The notes under the pieces are model-generated. The model saw only the letters and a list, made by a program, of their open reading frames with translations. It searched no databases and had not been told where the DNA came from. Made by a program: the position numbers and the translations under genes. A stretch of DNA of 63,574 nucleotides, counting the filler, from Octopus bimaculoides (taxonomy: Eukaryota), in NCBI RefSeq assembly GCF_001194135.2. It is 5 parts of 4 records of this genome, joined end to end, with 100 filler letters (N's around TTAATTAATTAA, not from the genome) between each part and the next. Parts side by side here need not be neighbours in the genome. Positions count along the whole stretch, not along the records: positions 27,775 to 49,959 come from NC_068981.1; 4 more parts are not named here. One strand, given 5' to 3'. Below, piece by piece: positions 28,306 through 41,314 of this stretch (position 1 is its first letter; each line of letters begins with the position of its first letter).

Positions 28306-28560
28306 TGGAGGCGTGTGGCTTAGTGGTTAGGGTGTCAGCATCACGATCGTAAGATTTTGGTTTCGATTCCTAGACCGAGCGACGCGTTGTGTTCTTGAGC
28401 AAAACACTTCATTTCACGTTGCTCCAGTCCACTCAGCTGGCAAAAATGAGTAACGCGATATACTGGTGTCCCGTCCAGCTGGAGAACACATACGCCATTG
28501 AAACCAGGAAACCGGGCCCATGAGCCTGGCCAGGCTTTAAAAGGGCGCATTTATTTATTT
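28306..28560 (+). mobile_element. tRNA-SINE family D (Nin/Deu-like central domain)
   Basis: tggaggcgtgtggcttagtggttagg...ggtttcgattcc...tgttcttgagcaaaacacttcatttcacgttgctccagtccactcagctgg. Confidence 0.8.
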
Positions 28561-28561
28561 T

Positions 28562-29088
28562 GTAATCATCTCTAGCAGGCTCGTATGTTCTTTGTCTGCA
28601 GCAGCGATATCTGCTGCAAGTGTAGCTACTTGATGCAACAGAGAAATGATGCCTCTCGTATATTCTTCCATATTCTCTCTGTTCTCCCCCAACGGCTAGA
28701 ATTACGAGCTTCAGTGACGGCTCCATTCATCGCACCGCATGGCGTTCTCATCTTAGGTCTCTTGGAAGACACCAGAGTTCTTCATATGCCTCTTCAGCAC
28801 ATCCCTATATCACAAGCTTTAGGAGCCTGTCGTCCTCCATCCTGCAAACATGTTCTACCCAACGCAACTGTGATGAGGTAATGAGGGCCTCCACACTAAC
28901 TGCATCAGTGCAGCGCAGGATCTCTACGTCAGCAATATGATCCTGCCAACTGACATGCAAGATAAAGCGCAGATGACGAAGTCGGACTCACATCAGGGCC
29001 TTGATGTGTGATGGATTCCGTTGCACAGAGAATGCAAAGCCGCAGTGCGGCAATGTACACATTTATCTTCTATTGATATAAGCAAGAG

Positions 29089-29090
<2 letters not shown>
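28562..29090 (-). mobile_element. RTE (BovB-like) LINE ORF2 C-terminal fragment
   Basis: RHLRFILHVSWQDHIADVEILRC....SVEALITSSQLRWVEHVCRMEDDRL resembles the RTE thumb/C-terminal motif. Confidence 0.8.
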
Positions 29091-29131
<41 letters not shown>

Positions 29132-29244
29132 CATTTCAACCGAACCAGTGGCCTGTTCCTGTTATTCTGAACTGGTTTAAATAGACTATTACTACACTTT
29201 ATGTTCATGTTGAGCAATTTTTCTAAGAACCATTGCCAAAAGAA

Positions 29245-29665
29245 CGTGTATGTATGTATGTATGTATGTGCAGATTTGTATGTTTTATGTATATTTGTAT
29301 GTTTCATGCATACAGTTACATATCTAGACATGCTCATATATATTTAAATGATAAACTTCTGGAAAGTTATACAGATTTTTACAGTTCCAGTGGTGGATTG
29401 GATCTGTAATGTTCGAATTAGCTTTCTCGTTTTTGGTTTCGAGAAGCCTAATTTCTCATGATTGATATTTAGGCAGTGTGTTATATATCCCAGGGCCCCA
29501 ATAATTATAGGTATAAACTTGAACTTGTAATCTGGATAGAGTAACTGGCGATTTCTCAAAATTCAGCATAAGTGTTCTCTTTTCACTGATATTCGGCTTT
29601 ATGTTAACATCCGCTGGGCAGCTAATTTCCACAAATGTGCATAGTTTCTCTCCTCTATCTCAAAT
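29245..29665 (-). mobile_element. RLE LINE family 1, 3' fragment
   Basis: WDREEKLCTFVEISCPADVNI...QLLYPDYKFKFIPIIIGALG...GTVKICITFQKF*. Confidence 0.85.
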
Positions 29666-30300
29666 GGTTATTCAGTTTCAATTCAAGATTTCTTGACAAT
29701 AGAGAAAGTGCCAGTTTCTAACCTAGATCCAAGGCTCCCTCATTGGAATTTCAACATCAACAACAGGGTATGTATGTCTGTATGTATGTATGTGTGTATG
29801 TATGTATGTATTATGTATATGTGCAGATTTGTATGTTTTTTCGCGTATATCTTCCCCTGCTTATACTTTGCTTATCTAGACATGCTCATATATACTTAAA
29901 TGATAAAATTCTGGAACGTTTTACAAATTTTTACAGTTCCAGTGTTGTCTTGGATCTATAGTCTTCGAACCAGCTTTGTCGTTTCTGGTTTTGAGTAGCC
30001 TAATTTCTCAAGATTGGTATTCAGGAAGTGTGTATATATGTCATTTAATTTTACTTCAAGATGTCTAGTCAATAGAGTAAAAGCCAGTTTCTAACCTAGA
30101 TCCAAGGCTCCTTCATTGGAATTTCAACATTAACAACGGGGTAATTTTGTATGCATGTATGTATGTATGTATGTATGTATGTATGTATGTATGTATGCAT
30201 GTATGTATGTATGTATGTATGTGTGTATGTATGTATGTATGTATGTATGTATGCGTGCAGATTTATATGTTTTGTTTTGTGTATGTATGTATGTACGTAT
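29666..30300 (-). mobile_element. Two further head-to-tail 3' ends of RLE LINE family 1
   Basis: The 3' UTR motif ttctaacctagatccaaggctcc.tcattggaatttcaacat occurs at about 29716 and 30088. Coding end GTVKICKTFQNF at about 29900-29945. Confidence 0.8.
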
Positions 30301-30932
30301 GTATGTATGTATTATGTATGTATGTATGCATGTATGTATGCATGAATGGATGGATGTATGAAGAGAGGCAGACACAGGGTCAGACAGTGATGTGTTTGTA
30401 GTACGAAGAACGAACAAATATAGTAAACAAAAACAAAAAGAAATCAACATGGCATCAATGAACTAAAACTATTTTATTTTCAATTTTCTCGTTCTACTGC
30501 AACAATATTTATGAAATATTAAAACAATGTGACACTAGAACAGAAAAAATATAATAACAGAAATAACAGAAATATTTTAAGACAAATTTTATTCTCTGGC
30601 TGAAATTGTTTGGAACAAAGTTTATATGTTAGAAGTTTCAGAAGTGTTAGATTTGAAAAGAAAATGTAATTAGAAACACAAGAATTTTGAAATAGCTTCA
30701 CGACTACTTTGGGATTTAACCAAAAGTTCACAGACACTAAATTTTGGAAAGAAATACTCTTATGCTGTTACGTTTTGAAAAGATCTTTTTCGTTTCTTTG
30801 TTTTTTTTTGTTTTTTGTTTTTTTTCTTGACTCGATATTTATATTGTGTTTCCAATTGAAAATTTAACACGTCTACTTACATACACACTTATATAAAAAC
30901 TTTATTCATATATGTATATATTCAAGTATGTA

Positions 30933-30969
<37 letters not shown>

Positions 30970-31300
30970 ATTAGTTAGGTTTGATGATACTCTAAAGTTT
31001 GTGATATGTAAAGTATATTACCATTCTTTCTCGCTCTGTCTCACTGTCTCTGTCTGTCTTTCATTTTCTCTCACCCTCTCATCCTCTCATTATTATGTAA
31101 AAAGTGGAAGCGGATTGAAAGAGTCTGGTCGATATACTCATAAAATTTACGCCAAACATAAAATAGATACCTTTATCCAATTGTCTAATTGTTACATTAT
31201 ACATACAGACGTACATGCTATGACTAAAGCCAGAATAACAAAAGAGTACTTTTGTAGACACTGGAAAATATAGAGCTCAGAGCTGTCTGCATTTCTCTCT

Positions 31301-31680
31301 CTGGCACTCCGTCGGTTACGACGTCGAGGGTTCCAGTTGATCCGATCAACGGAACAGCCTGCTCATGAAATTAACGTGCAAGTGGCTGAGCACTCCACAG
31401 ACACGTATACCCTTAACGTAGTTCTCGGGTAGATTCAGCGTGACACAGAGTGTGACAAGGCTGGCCCTTTGAAATACAAGTACAACAGAAATAGGAAGAA
31501 AGAGCGAGAGAAAGTTGTGGTGAAGAGTACAGCAGGGTTCGCCACCATCCCCTGCCGGAGCCTCGTGGAGCTTTAGGTGTTTTCGCTCAATAAACACTCA
31601 CAATGCCCGGTCTGGGAATTGAAACCGCGATCCTACGATCACGAGTCCGCTGCCCTAACCACAGTGCCATTGCGCCTCCA
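31301..31680 (-). mobile_element. tRNA-SINE family C, full length (tail type 1)
   Basis: Reverse-strand head tggaggcgcaatggc..tggttagggcagcggactc, matching 48926-49292. Confidence 0.88.
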
Positions 31681-31684
31681 CTTG

Positions 31685-32900
31685 TCTACATTTAGCAAGA
31701 CCATATCTCACAATGCATTTGTAGTGCTAGTACTAACATTTGGGATATTGAACTGGACACTTGACGAGACCTGCAGCCTGGACATCAAAACTTGCAACGT
31801 ACTCACCATCACTGGCAACTCCCACATGAACAGCGACACCGATAGGATCTATATGAGACGAAGTGATGGTAGCAGAGATGTAAGGTTAGTCCAAACAGCC
31901 TTTGAATATCACATTGTATCACTCATACAACACCTGCTGAAAAGTAATTAAAGAAATATGCACATTCTATGCATACTCAAAACTGAAAGCAACAATATGT
32001 TCAGGGCTACTGTGCAGGTACCCTGAGAATACAACTGTCTCATGTGAGCCTAGGGAAGCTGGACTGGCCTACCAGAACAGAACCATGGAAGAGAAGCTGG
32101 CATCATACCAGCAAATAGTAATGCATAGGTACGTATTCTGTAAGCTAGAGGATAACAATTACATTAACAGGAAGATTAGCCTCTCCTGGACTTGTGATAG
32201 ACATATTACATCCCACTCAAGAATATGCCTTTCTTATCTAGGAACAGGAGATAACTACTAAATACCTGCTAAACAAGAGGGACAAAAATACTACAAAACC
32301 TCCATGTTGCGATAGAAATTGTCGGTTCTGCTATAACTGTGTGCAAGGTATAACCTACATTATCAGTAGTTGCCTCAAAATGACTACGAGATGCTACCTG
32401 CCCCTGACACATGATGTTGTTGCAAAGACTATTTACAACGCTGTCCTCAGGAATGATTGTCCTGACGTATACATCAAAGGCATGGCAGAACTAGCATGTA
32501 TACACTAGCATGTATTTAAAAACAAGGAATACTAGAGGAAAACACCAATAGAAATAGCAATTCCATGTAAACATAACAGACCTGATATTATTCTGTGCAA
32601 CAGGGAACAAAGGTCATACACTGTTATAGAGGTCAGCTGACCAGCGGATGAGAATATACAATCAAAAGTCCACGAAAAGAGAACGTTTGCGGTGAATTAA
32701 TGCAGAACTTACAGCTCTTATACCCTGGCTATAAATTCTCATTTATACCTATTAGACTGTATACCGACAAATTAACACAAAAACATAGAAATAGTAGATT
32801 TTTCGAAGAAATACCAAAAGAAACTGCTGCGGTTTCTCTAAATCCAATCTATTAGCGGCACAGAGGAAATGTATAAGATACATCAAAGAATCTCTACCCG
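31685..32900 (+). mobile_element. RLE LINE family 1, about 1.2-kb degenerate ORF remnant (RT C-terminus, zinc knuckle region, endonuclease)
   Basis: FGILNWTLDE..LDIKT..VLT..G..H.NSDTDRIY, HDVVAKTIY, KHNRPDII, QLLYPGYKFSFIP, IQSISGTEE. Multiple stops and frameshifts. Confidence 0.85.
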
Positions 32901-33134
32901 AGATTCTTTAGATGAATACATGCAGAACTTGGGTGTGTGCATCGACAGCTCAATCAACATACCAACTCAGCCACGTGTTTACAGCACCGGGAAACCTCTT
33001 AATTCAAATAATCTTGTCGCTTTGTTAGCGAACGGCTTGAACGCTCTTAGGAACTTAAGTAAAACTCTAAGAAAAAAAAAACATTCATGCATAAATACAT
33101 AATACATACATACATACATACATACATACATACA

Positions 33135-33166
<32 letters not shown>

Positions 33167-33419
33167 GAAAGGTTACAAAAGCAGAAGAGTAAAATTATCC
33201 AAGACTTTTTTTATGTTCAAATAACAGTTATCTTTGTTGCTATTCGAATTCCAATGAGGTAGCAGTGTTTTATTGTTATAAACAGCTCCTCTCTTGAAGT
33301 AAGAATTCAAATAATTAAAAATAGAAGAAAACCCACTTATATACGTTCATACTTATCTCAATGCATACATACATACATACATACATACATACATACATAC
33401 ATACATACATACATACATA

Positions 33420-33535
33420 CAAACGAGAACACCCTGTTGTTGATGGTGAAATTTCAATGAAGGAACCTTGGATCTAGGTAAGAAACCGGTTCTTTCAGTA
33501 TTGGCAAGAAATCTTGAAATAAACTGAATAATGAC
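33420..33535 (+). mobile_element. RLE LINE family 1, 3' UTR only
   Basis: ctgttgttgatggtgaaatttcaatgaaggaaccttggatctagg..gaaaccgg..attggcaagaaatcttgaaataaac, following (CATA)n. Confidence 0.7.
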
Positions 33536-33592
33536 ATGCATACATACGTATGTATGTATGTATGTATGTATGTATGTATGTATGTATGTATG

Positions 33593-33805
33593 CGAACCCA
33601 TGGAAAACAAACCTCATCCAGCTATTCTGATTATATGTCTGTGCACACGTTTGAATGTGGTGTGTGCCAGAGGGTTTGCAAATCCAATGGGGGTCTTAAA
33701 AGACATGTTAGGATCCACAATGAGCAGAACTTACTTGCAGGTATTGGTAGTGCAAATCAGAGGTGCAATCTGTGTGGGTGTTTTTTCAAAACACTGTCTG
33801 GTTTA
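33593..33805 (+). mobile_element. C2H2 zinc-finger fragment (FECGVCQRVCKSNGGLKRHVRIH; RCNLCGCFFKTLSGL), LINE tail or ZNF remnant
   Basis: One complete and one truncated C2H2 finger in ORF 33536-33958, bounded by (TATG)n and an N gap. No splice signals found. Confidence 0.55.
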
Positions 33806-34754
33806 NNNNNNNNNNATACATACATATATACATACATACGTATGTATATTATATGCATGTGCGAATGTATGCATACACATACATACATACATAAATGCGT
33901 GCATACATACACACACACGCATACATATAAACATACATACAAACGTACGTACATGTAATATACATACATGCGTATGTATGTATGTATGCTCGTACACGCA
34001 TACATAAATACATGCATACATGCACACTGTTATGTCTCAAGCTACTGCTATCTAGCACCTTCGGATGATCGCTACTCAACCGCTACACGACGGCTACTCA
34101 AGAGCTACTCAACTCTCTACCACAGCTAGACTACCTCTATTTATATGTCTTGGGCGATCCTACTTCTTCGCTTGGGGGCGTCGACACAACACACACACAT
34201 ACATACATACATACATACATACACACACACACATACATACATACATACATACATACATACATACATACATACATACATACATACGAAAACCCATAATGAG
34301 GTAGAGGCCNNNNNNNNNNNNNNNNNNNNNNNNNNNNNNNNNNNNNNNNNNNNNNNNNNNNNNNNNNNNNNNNNNNNNNNNNNNNNNNNNNNNNNNNNNN
34401 NNNNNNNNNNNNNNNNNNNNNNNNNNNNNNNNNNNNNNNNNNNNNNNNNNNNNNNNNNNNNNNNNNNNNNNNNNNNNNNNNNNNNNNNNNNNNNNNNNNN
34501 NNNNNNNNNNNNNNNNNNNNNNNNNNNNNNNNNNNNNNNNNNNNNNNNNNNNNNNNNNNNNNNNNNNNNNNNNNNNNNNNNNNNNNNNNNNNNNNNNNNN
34601 NNNNNNNNNNNNNNNNNNNNNNNNNNNNNNNNNNNNNNNNNNNNNNNNNNNNNNNNNNNNNNNNNNNNNNNNNNNNNNNNNNNNNNNNNNNNNNNNNNNN
34701 NNNNNNNNNNNNNNNNNNNNNNNNNNNNNNNNNNNNNNNNNNNNNNNNNNNNNN

Positions 34755-35085
34755 AAAAATTAGGGTTCTCAAAACCTGAAAGAAAAAGGCTGATTAGAAG
34801 ACTACAGATTCAAGCCATCAATGGAACTGTAAAGATATGTAAAACTTTCCAAAAATTTAGCACATAAATACATATGCATGCATCTAGACATAAAAACGCA
34901 TCCATAAAACAAACATACAAATCTGCGCATACACTAACACCAAATACTGCACACACACACATATGCACAAATACCTAGATGATGTTGATAAAAGTTCCAA
35001 TGAAGGAGCCTTGAATCTATGTTAGAGTCCGGCTCTTTCTCTATGGACAAGAAATACAGAAATGAAACTGATTGATAATATACAT
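34755..35085 (+). mobile_element. RLE LINE family 1, 3' end
   Basis: LGFSKPERKRLIRRLQIQAINGTVKICKTFQKFST* plus the same 3' UTR. Confidence 0.85.
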
Positions 35086-35589
35086 ACATACATAGAAAAC
35101 CTTTTGAGCAGAATTACATATAACAGTATTCCTGTCGTTGTTTTCTAGGTATACTGTACTTCTAAATACCAATATTCAAATTTCTTACTTCTCATATGAG
35201 TCAAGTCATGAACAAGTTCAAGATAGGTGTCTTCAGTTCGTGACTCTATTTCTACCGTTCCTTTCACTACCGCTCAGAAAAAAATCGCAAGGAATTACAA
35301 TACAATAATAGGTACATAGCCAGAATCAGATATGGGTGTTGTCCAAGCCAGAAAGTACGTTTCTTTCAGGATCATTATTGACTATTATCTCTTGTGAAAG
35401 TGTTCCTTTCTATCACAGAACCAAAACATCTTAAGCAAGGTCTGCAGAAAGATGCAATGGAATAACATTTCCTTGCAGGAAACACGCAAAAGAAGCAAGG
35501 ACAAGTAAACCAAAGTACATGATATGGTCATGGCAATTTATCGTCAGTAAAAATAATATTTTTTTTAAATCTTCGGTCTCGAATGACTA

Positions 35590-35893
35590 TGGGATTGCGC
35601 CTTGAAAGTCACCCCGCTCCTGAGGCACATGTCTGGGCAAGATTGTTCGAGAAAGACCAGCTGTCACCGATGCATACCAGTCTCCCCTCTCCGCGCCACT
35701 GATGTCGTCCAAGTGAAAAGATTATACAACTTGACACCAGCTACGTCGCAACTCATTTCTACAGGTGAGCGAACTGGAACAGCATGAAATAAAGTGCCTT
35801 GCTCATGAACACAACACATGGCCCGGTTGGGGAATCGAACTCGCATCTTCACGATTGTAATCCTGCTGCTCCAACCACTAAGCCATGCGCCTT
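35590..35893 (-). mobile_element. tRNA-SINE family D
   Basis: gaactggaacagcatgaaataaagtgccttgctc...ggaatcgaactc...ccaaccactaagccatgcgcc. Confidence 0.75.
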
Positions 35894-37368
35894 CGTCAGT
35901 ATAGTAGTATTACATTTATTAAGGTAAAGGAGTACAAAATGGATGCTCTTATTGGAGTTGAGGAGTTGAGTTGTATTCCTATAATATTTCTCTATAAAAA
36001 GCTAACTGAAGATTTTACTTTACCTTCCTTGATCCTATACCTCAAATATAGAATAAGCGACAGATCATAATAGAGATTTCTGAAGCCAGGGTACATTATG
36101 AAATTACAAGAAACCCAACAAGGAGACAACTGCTGTAATAGAATGGGTAACTGGGATGCCCCGATGCCCTGGAGTTCTAGGAGAGGTAGCTAGGGGTTCA
36201 TGTGAAATAGGGTTAAATAAGATTATATACAAATGCATATTTTAATTATTTTTGTGTTTGATTCTATATTCATAATTTTATTATACAGAATCGACATATC
36301 TCAAAGATACAGCATCTGTAGGCAGAAAGGTGACTCAATGAGAAAAAAATATCTCTTGATATGGAATTGTAGGAGAACGTTATCGGAACAAAAAGAAACG
36401 TTGTTGTTCCTAAATCTCTCAACGAGAGATATCCAGTAAAGAATCGTTACGTTATCGGAACAACCTCTTGATTAACACGAAATTTATTAAGTTTGATTCG
36501 ACGACTCGAGTGGATTTAGCACTGCCAAACCTTACAAAAGTAATTCGATGATTTCTTTAATCTCTTACAAAATTTCAATTCATGAAAAAAATAAAAGGAT
36601 TTATAAAGATAATAGTAATAACTTTTATGTTGGAATTTTCTGAGACATAAAGTACATTTCAAGGTTTCATCGAGTGTAAAATGGTTGGAAAACACTGGTT
36701 TTAGAAGGTTAGCAAGTGAAGTAATTTCTGGTACCAAAAACCAATCCAAGTCTTCGATGTTGCAGTTTTGAGAAATGTTTCATAATAATAATATTGTTAT
36801 TTCTTAGTGATTTTCTATCGAAAAATTTTAAGAGTGAATTGGTATGTACTTAGAGAATTTAATAAATAAAATTTTACTTTTTTAATTCCGTTCCTACTGT
36901 ATTGCACAAATCTCCGTTCGAGGGGATTTTCATATAAGTTTGTTTCTTTTTTGCTTTTTTGTTCTTTTTTTTTCTGTGAAAAGAGGTTAGTAGCTCCTAA
37001 CTCTTCCCTATTTCTAGACAAACGGACGCTGTGAGTAGTCTTTCACGACTCTTCTCAAAAGGCAACTTGGTCGAGAGAAAGAGAGAGAGAAATAGGGGAG
37101 AGCCAACCAGACAGACAGACAGACAGACAGACAGATGGACAGACAGAGAGATGGACAGTCAGACACAGTCAGACAGATGGACAAACAGAAAGAGAGAGAC
37201 AGAAACAGAGAGAGATGCATTAACTCCAGTATTTGACTCGCACTTCATTTGTCGACGATATCATTGTTCACCTCGGTCGGATTTGAGCTCAGAGCACAGA
37301 AAGCCAGAAAAAAATATGCTATAAAGATTCTGTCAGCACGTGTGTGTATATAAGTATATATTTGGTAC

Positions 37369-37451
<83 letters not shown>

Positions 37452-37772
37452 NNNNNNNNNNNNNNNNNNNNNNNNNNNNNNNNNNNNNNNNNNNNNNNNN
37501 NNNNNNNNNNNNNNNNNNNNNNNNNNNNNNNNNNNNNNNNNNNNNNNNNNNNNNNNNNNNNNNNNNNNNNNNNNNNNNNNNNNNNNNNNNNNNNNNNNNN
37601 NNNNNNNNNNNNNNNNNNNNNNNNNNNNNNNNNNNNNNNNNNNNNNNNNNNNNNNNNNNNNNNNNNNNNNNNNNNNNNNNNNNNNNNNNNNNNNNNNNNN
37701 NNNNNNNNNNNNNNNNNNNNNNNNNNNNNNNNNNNNNNNNNNNNNNNNNNNNNNNNNNNNNNNNNNNNNNNN

Positions 37773-37816
<44 letters not shown>

Positions 37817-38702
37817 AACATTTACAAAAAAAATATTCAGAAAGAGGGTCGAGTTTAAATGTCCTATTTGGTTTTTGAATGAATGCGTCTATCTATATAT
37901 AGTTGTGTATGTGCATGTATGTATGTATGTATGTATGTATCCTGTTTGGACGCATGCTTTACGAATTAGTTAAAATTTCGGTTGAATGAAAACAGTAACG
38001 TCTGCACCGAAGGTTGAAAACCTTTTGGTCTCATCTAAATTAGACAATTAGCCCAACTGTCTCCACCACCACCGCCGCAGCTACCACCAACCACTAATAC
38101 TAACACCATCACCATCAACAACACCATTAGTACAAGCCTCAAATAAACCATCATGACAATTACTACGCGATCATCGCGGCTCACTAATTCCTATAATGTC
38201 ATGGCGGTGTTTAAAGGAACGAGAGAGAAAGGAAGACAGAGAGAGGGGGGGTAAGAAAGCGAGAGGAAGAGAGAGAGAGAGAGGTGTACGGAATGACAAC
38301 TGCTATCGGTTCACTTATAATAATGGCCGGAAGGGAGAGACTTGCTGGACTGGAAATCAAACCAAAGAGTTACAAAAAAACTAAAGTGGTACCAGTTGTT
38401 AATTTCTACCTTTCAAGTGAAAATTGCTCGCAGCAATTTGGCATNNNNNNNNNNNNNNNNNNNNNNNNNNNNNNNNNNNNNNNNNNNNNNNNNNNNNNNN
38501 NNNNNNNNNNNNNNNNNNNNNNNNNNNNNNNNNNNNNNNNNNNNNNNNNNNNNNNNNNNNNNNNNNNNNNNNNNNNNNNNNNNNNNNNNNNNNNNNNNNN
38601 NNNNNNNNNNNNNNNNNNNNNNNNNNNNNNNNNNNNNNNNNNNNNNNNNNNNNNNNNNNNNNNNNNNNNNNNNNNNNNNNNNNNNNNNNNNNNNNNNNNN
38701 NN

Positions 38703-38753
<51 letters not shown>

Positions 38754-39720
38754 TGTATGCATGCCTGTACGCATATGTATAACAGTTTTCCATTTATTCA
38801 TGATTTTTAAATAGACGACTATGTTCACGTTTAATCTTTTCTATTTTAGATTTTTCGTATTTTCGTTTTTCACTCAAATCTTGAAAATATAAAGGTACTA
38901 AAATCATATTTGACGTTTGTACACTTTCGCAGATTGAATTTAAAGAATTAAATACATGTGACGTCTGTGTTGTTTGTTATATACTGGTTGAGCTCTCGTA
39001 GGTTTCCCCGCCAATGGCGTTTTAACCGTTAGCTTCTTGCATAATCAGTCACGTGCTGGGTTTCATTCTCATCGCGGTCAAATTTTGACCATTAAGATGC
39101 TTTCATTTTTTTTTTATGTCAGTAACCCCATGTTTATTTCTTGATGTGTATGCTTGCGTGTTAATTTTTGCTTTGTATTGTGATATGAGTATGGTTTCCA
39201 TAATTAATATTCTCTTCTCGTGTATTTTCTTATGAAATTTTGTTTTGTGATGTGTGGTGTAATATTATGCAATAGCGCCATTTTGAAAATGTATGATGTG
39301 ACTAATAGATAGTGTTGTGCTGGTTTGTTCAATGTAAAAGCTAGGTCCTTGAAATTTTTAACGTTTAGTTTTATTGTCAAAATCATAAATCACAGTGGTC
39401 ATCTGCAATTTGATTTCGGACTTACATGTTTGTGGAGTGTTTCGTACGTTATTGGTTAAGTGTATGGTTGGCTGTGATGCAATTTGAGTCAGTTTTATGG
39501 GGGTTTTCATAATATGCTCATTTATTCGATAGTGTTTGTACATTTGGTACATGTAATAGAATTTATGTATGGTTTCTGTATTTCTTTTAGGTGTTTTCTC
39601 TGATATATATATATTGTCTTGTATTTGTTTTTGTCTTCTTATTTACCTTCATCCATTAGTCTGTTAGAATGTACGTTTTAATTCAAGTTTGTCTAATTCT
39701 GTGTATTTCTTCCCCTAATG

Positions 39721-40383
39721 CAGTGTTTTTCAGTCGGGGCCCATATAATCCCAGGGGCTCCACATAAGATTTTTGGAGATTCACAGAAACAAAATAGTAA
39801 ATTGTGGATCCACAGCAGTATATTAAGTGTCCATGAAAAACTTATAATTTAGATGTATTTATCGCAAGAAGCAACTAGGTTTCTATCGCAAATGTTTTAC
39901 GAAGTTCAACTTACGCAAGTGATTGGGGGAATAAAAAATAGGAATTTTTATGGAAGTATTTATAAAGGCGCAATGGAGGCGCGCGTGGAGGCGCAATGGC
40001 CCAGTGGTTAGGGCAGCGAACTCGCGGTCGGAGGATCGCGGTTTCGATTCCCAGACCGGGTGTTGTGAGTGTTTATTGAGCGAAAACACCTAAGCTCCAC
40101 GAGGCTCCGGCAGGGGGTGGTGGCGACCCCTGCTGTACTCTTTCGCCCCAACTTTCTCTCACTCTTTGTTCCTGTTTCTTGAGTAACGCTGCAATGGACT
40201 GGCGCCCCGTCCAGCTGGGGGGAACACATACGCCATAGAAACCGGGAAACCAGGCCCATGAGCCTGGCTAGGCTTTGAAAGGGTGACGCGCTTATTTATA
40301 AAGCTAGGTTTTGGACATCGAATGGCTGTGGGAGTCCACCAAAATAAAATAGTAACGAAAGAAATCCATAGAAGAAACATTGC
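39721..40383. mobile_element. hAT (Charlie/MER5-like) MITE split by SINE C
   Basis: Left end CAGTGTTTTTCA, right end agaaacattg. The 8-bp flanks ccctaatg/ctctagta match at 5 of 8 positions and the right flank is close to NTCTAGAN. Confidence 0.55.
39986..40290 (+). mobile_element. tRNA-SINE family C head with tail type 2, nested in hAT MITE
   Basis: tggaggcgcaatggcccagtggttagggcag...ggtttcgattccc; tail ccgtccagctgg...gcccatgagcctggc is shared with 28306-28560. Confidence 0.85.
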
Positions 40384-41124
40384 TCTAGTACATTGTTTGT
40401 GGACGGAATATACTCTTCTAAGGAATGATTTTACCATTGACATCTTGTAGTTGTGTAGATATTCAGTCGTCATACAGCTATATGTATTTGTTTGATTCTT
40501 TTGTGTATACTAACATTATCTATATGGGATTTCTTTCGATCTGTATGTTTATGTCTTAAAACGGGTCTCCTATGGCTACAAACAAAAAATTAAAAACTGC
40601 ATCAGACAAATGAAAACGTGACTGCATCAGACAAATTATCATGGGTCTGCATCGCTATATCATCTAACTTTATACATGGAGGACATAAGCCATCGTGCCA
40701 GCTGTTTGCCTGACGTCATGACTTCTAACCCAACAAGGATGTATGTTGACACATGCACCAGTTTTCTCCATTTGTTTGGTCTGTTATCGGCAAATTCGTA
40801 GTTGTAGAGATGGAACTTATTTCTCCAAAGTATCGTTTGAATGAAATACGAACCTACTTCAACACAGAAACACACGTATTTAATGTGCATATGTATATAT
40901 ATGTTATTGGATGGCCATTGGCGCACAAGATTCCATCTGTCTTTTAGTAGTTCTTGTTTCTCGTTCTGAAGGTTATCAGTCACTTTTCTGACAAACCTAG
41001 CTTGGAGGAATTGCTAGTTTCAGCCACTCTTGACGAGAAGTACGCGCTACAACTGATTTACTGATTATATATTGGCAGTAGCGATTTCAAGTGTCCTGAT
41101 CGTACACACGTACATATATAAATA

Positions 41125-41292
41125 TATATATGACGGGCTTCTTCCAGTTTCCGTCTACCAAATCCATTCACAAGGCTTTGGTTGGCCCGATGCTATAGTA
41201 GACGACACATTCCCAAGGTGCCACGCAGTGGGACTGAACCCGGAACCATAAATTGGCAAGCAAGCTACTTACTAAACAGCCACTCCTGCGCC
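41125..41292 (-). mobile_element. tRNA-SINE family A 5' half
   Basis: Minus strand starts ggcgcaggagtggctg (A-box-like) and contains ccgggttcagtccc (B-box-like). Confidence 0.8.
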
Positions 41293-41314
41293 CATAATAT
41301 ATATATATATATAT

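Larger units (their letters stand above)
39180..40560 (-). mobile_element. Degenerate Penelope-like element, interrupted by hAT MITE and SINE
   Basis: Fragments YKMSMVKSFLRRVY..., ...VLEEEIHRI (rejoined across the MITE), KFYYMYQMYKHYRINEHI and VIYDF resemble the Penelope RT C-terminus to GIY-YIG linker. Heavily mutated. Confidence 0.45.

Noticed and set aside
40660-40983. 107-aa ORF containing DRW as FAXC exon 4
   Set aside because: No phase-compatible acceptor and no further FAXC similarity.
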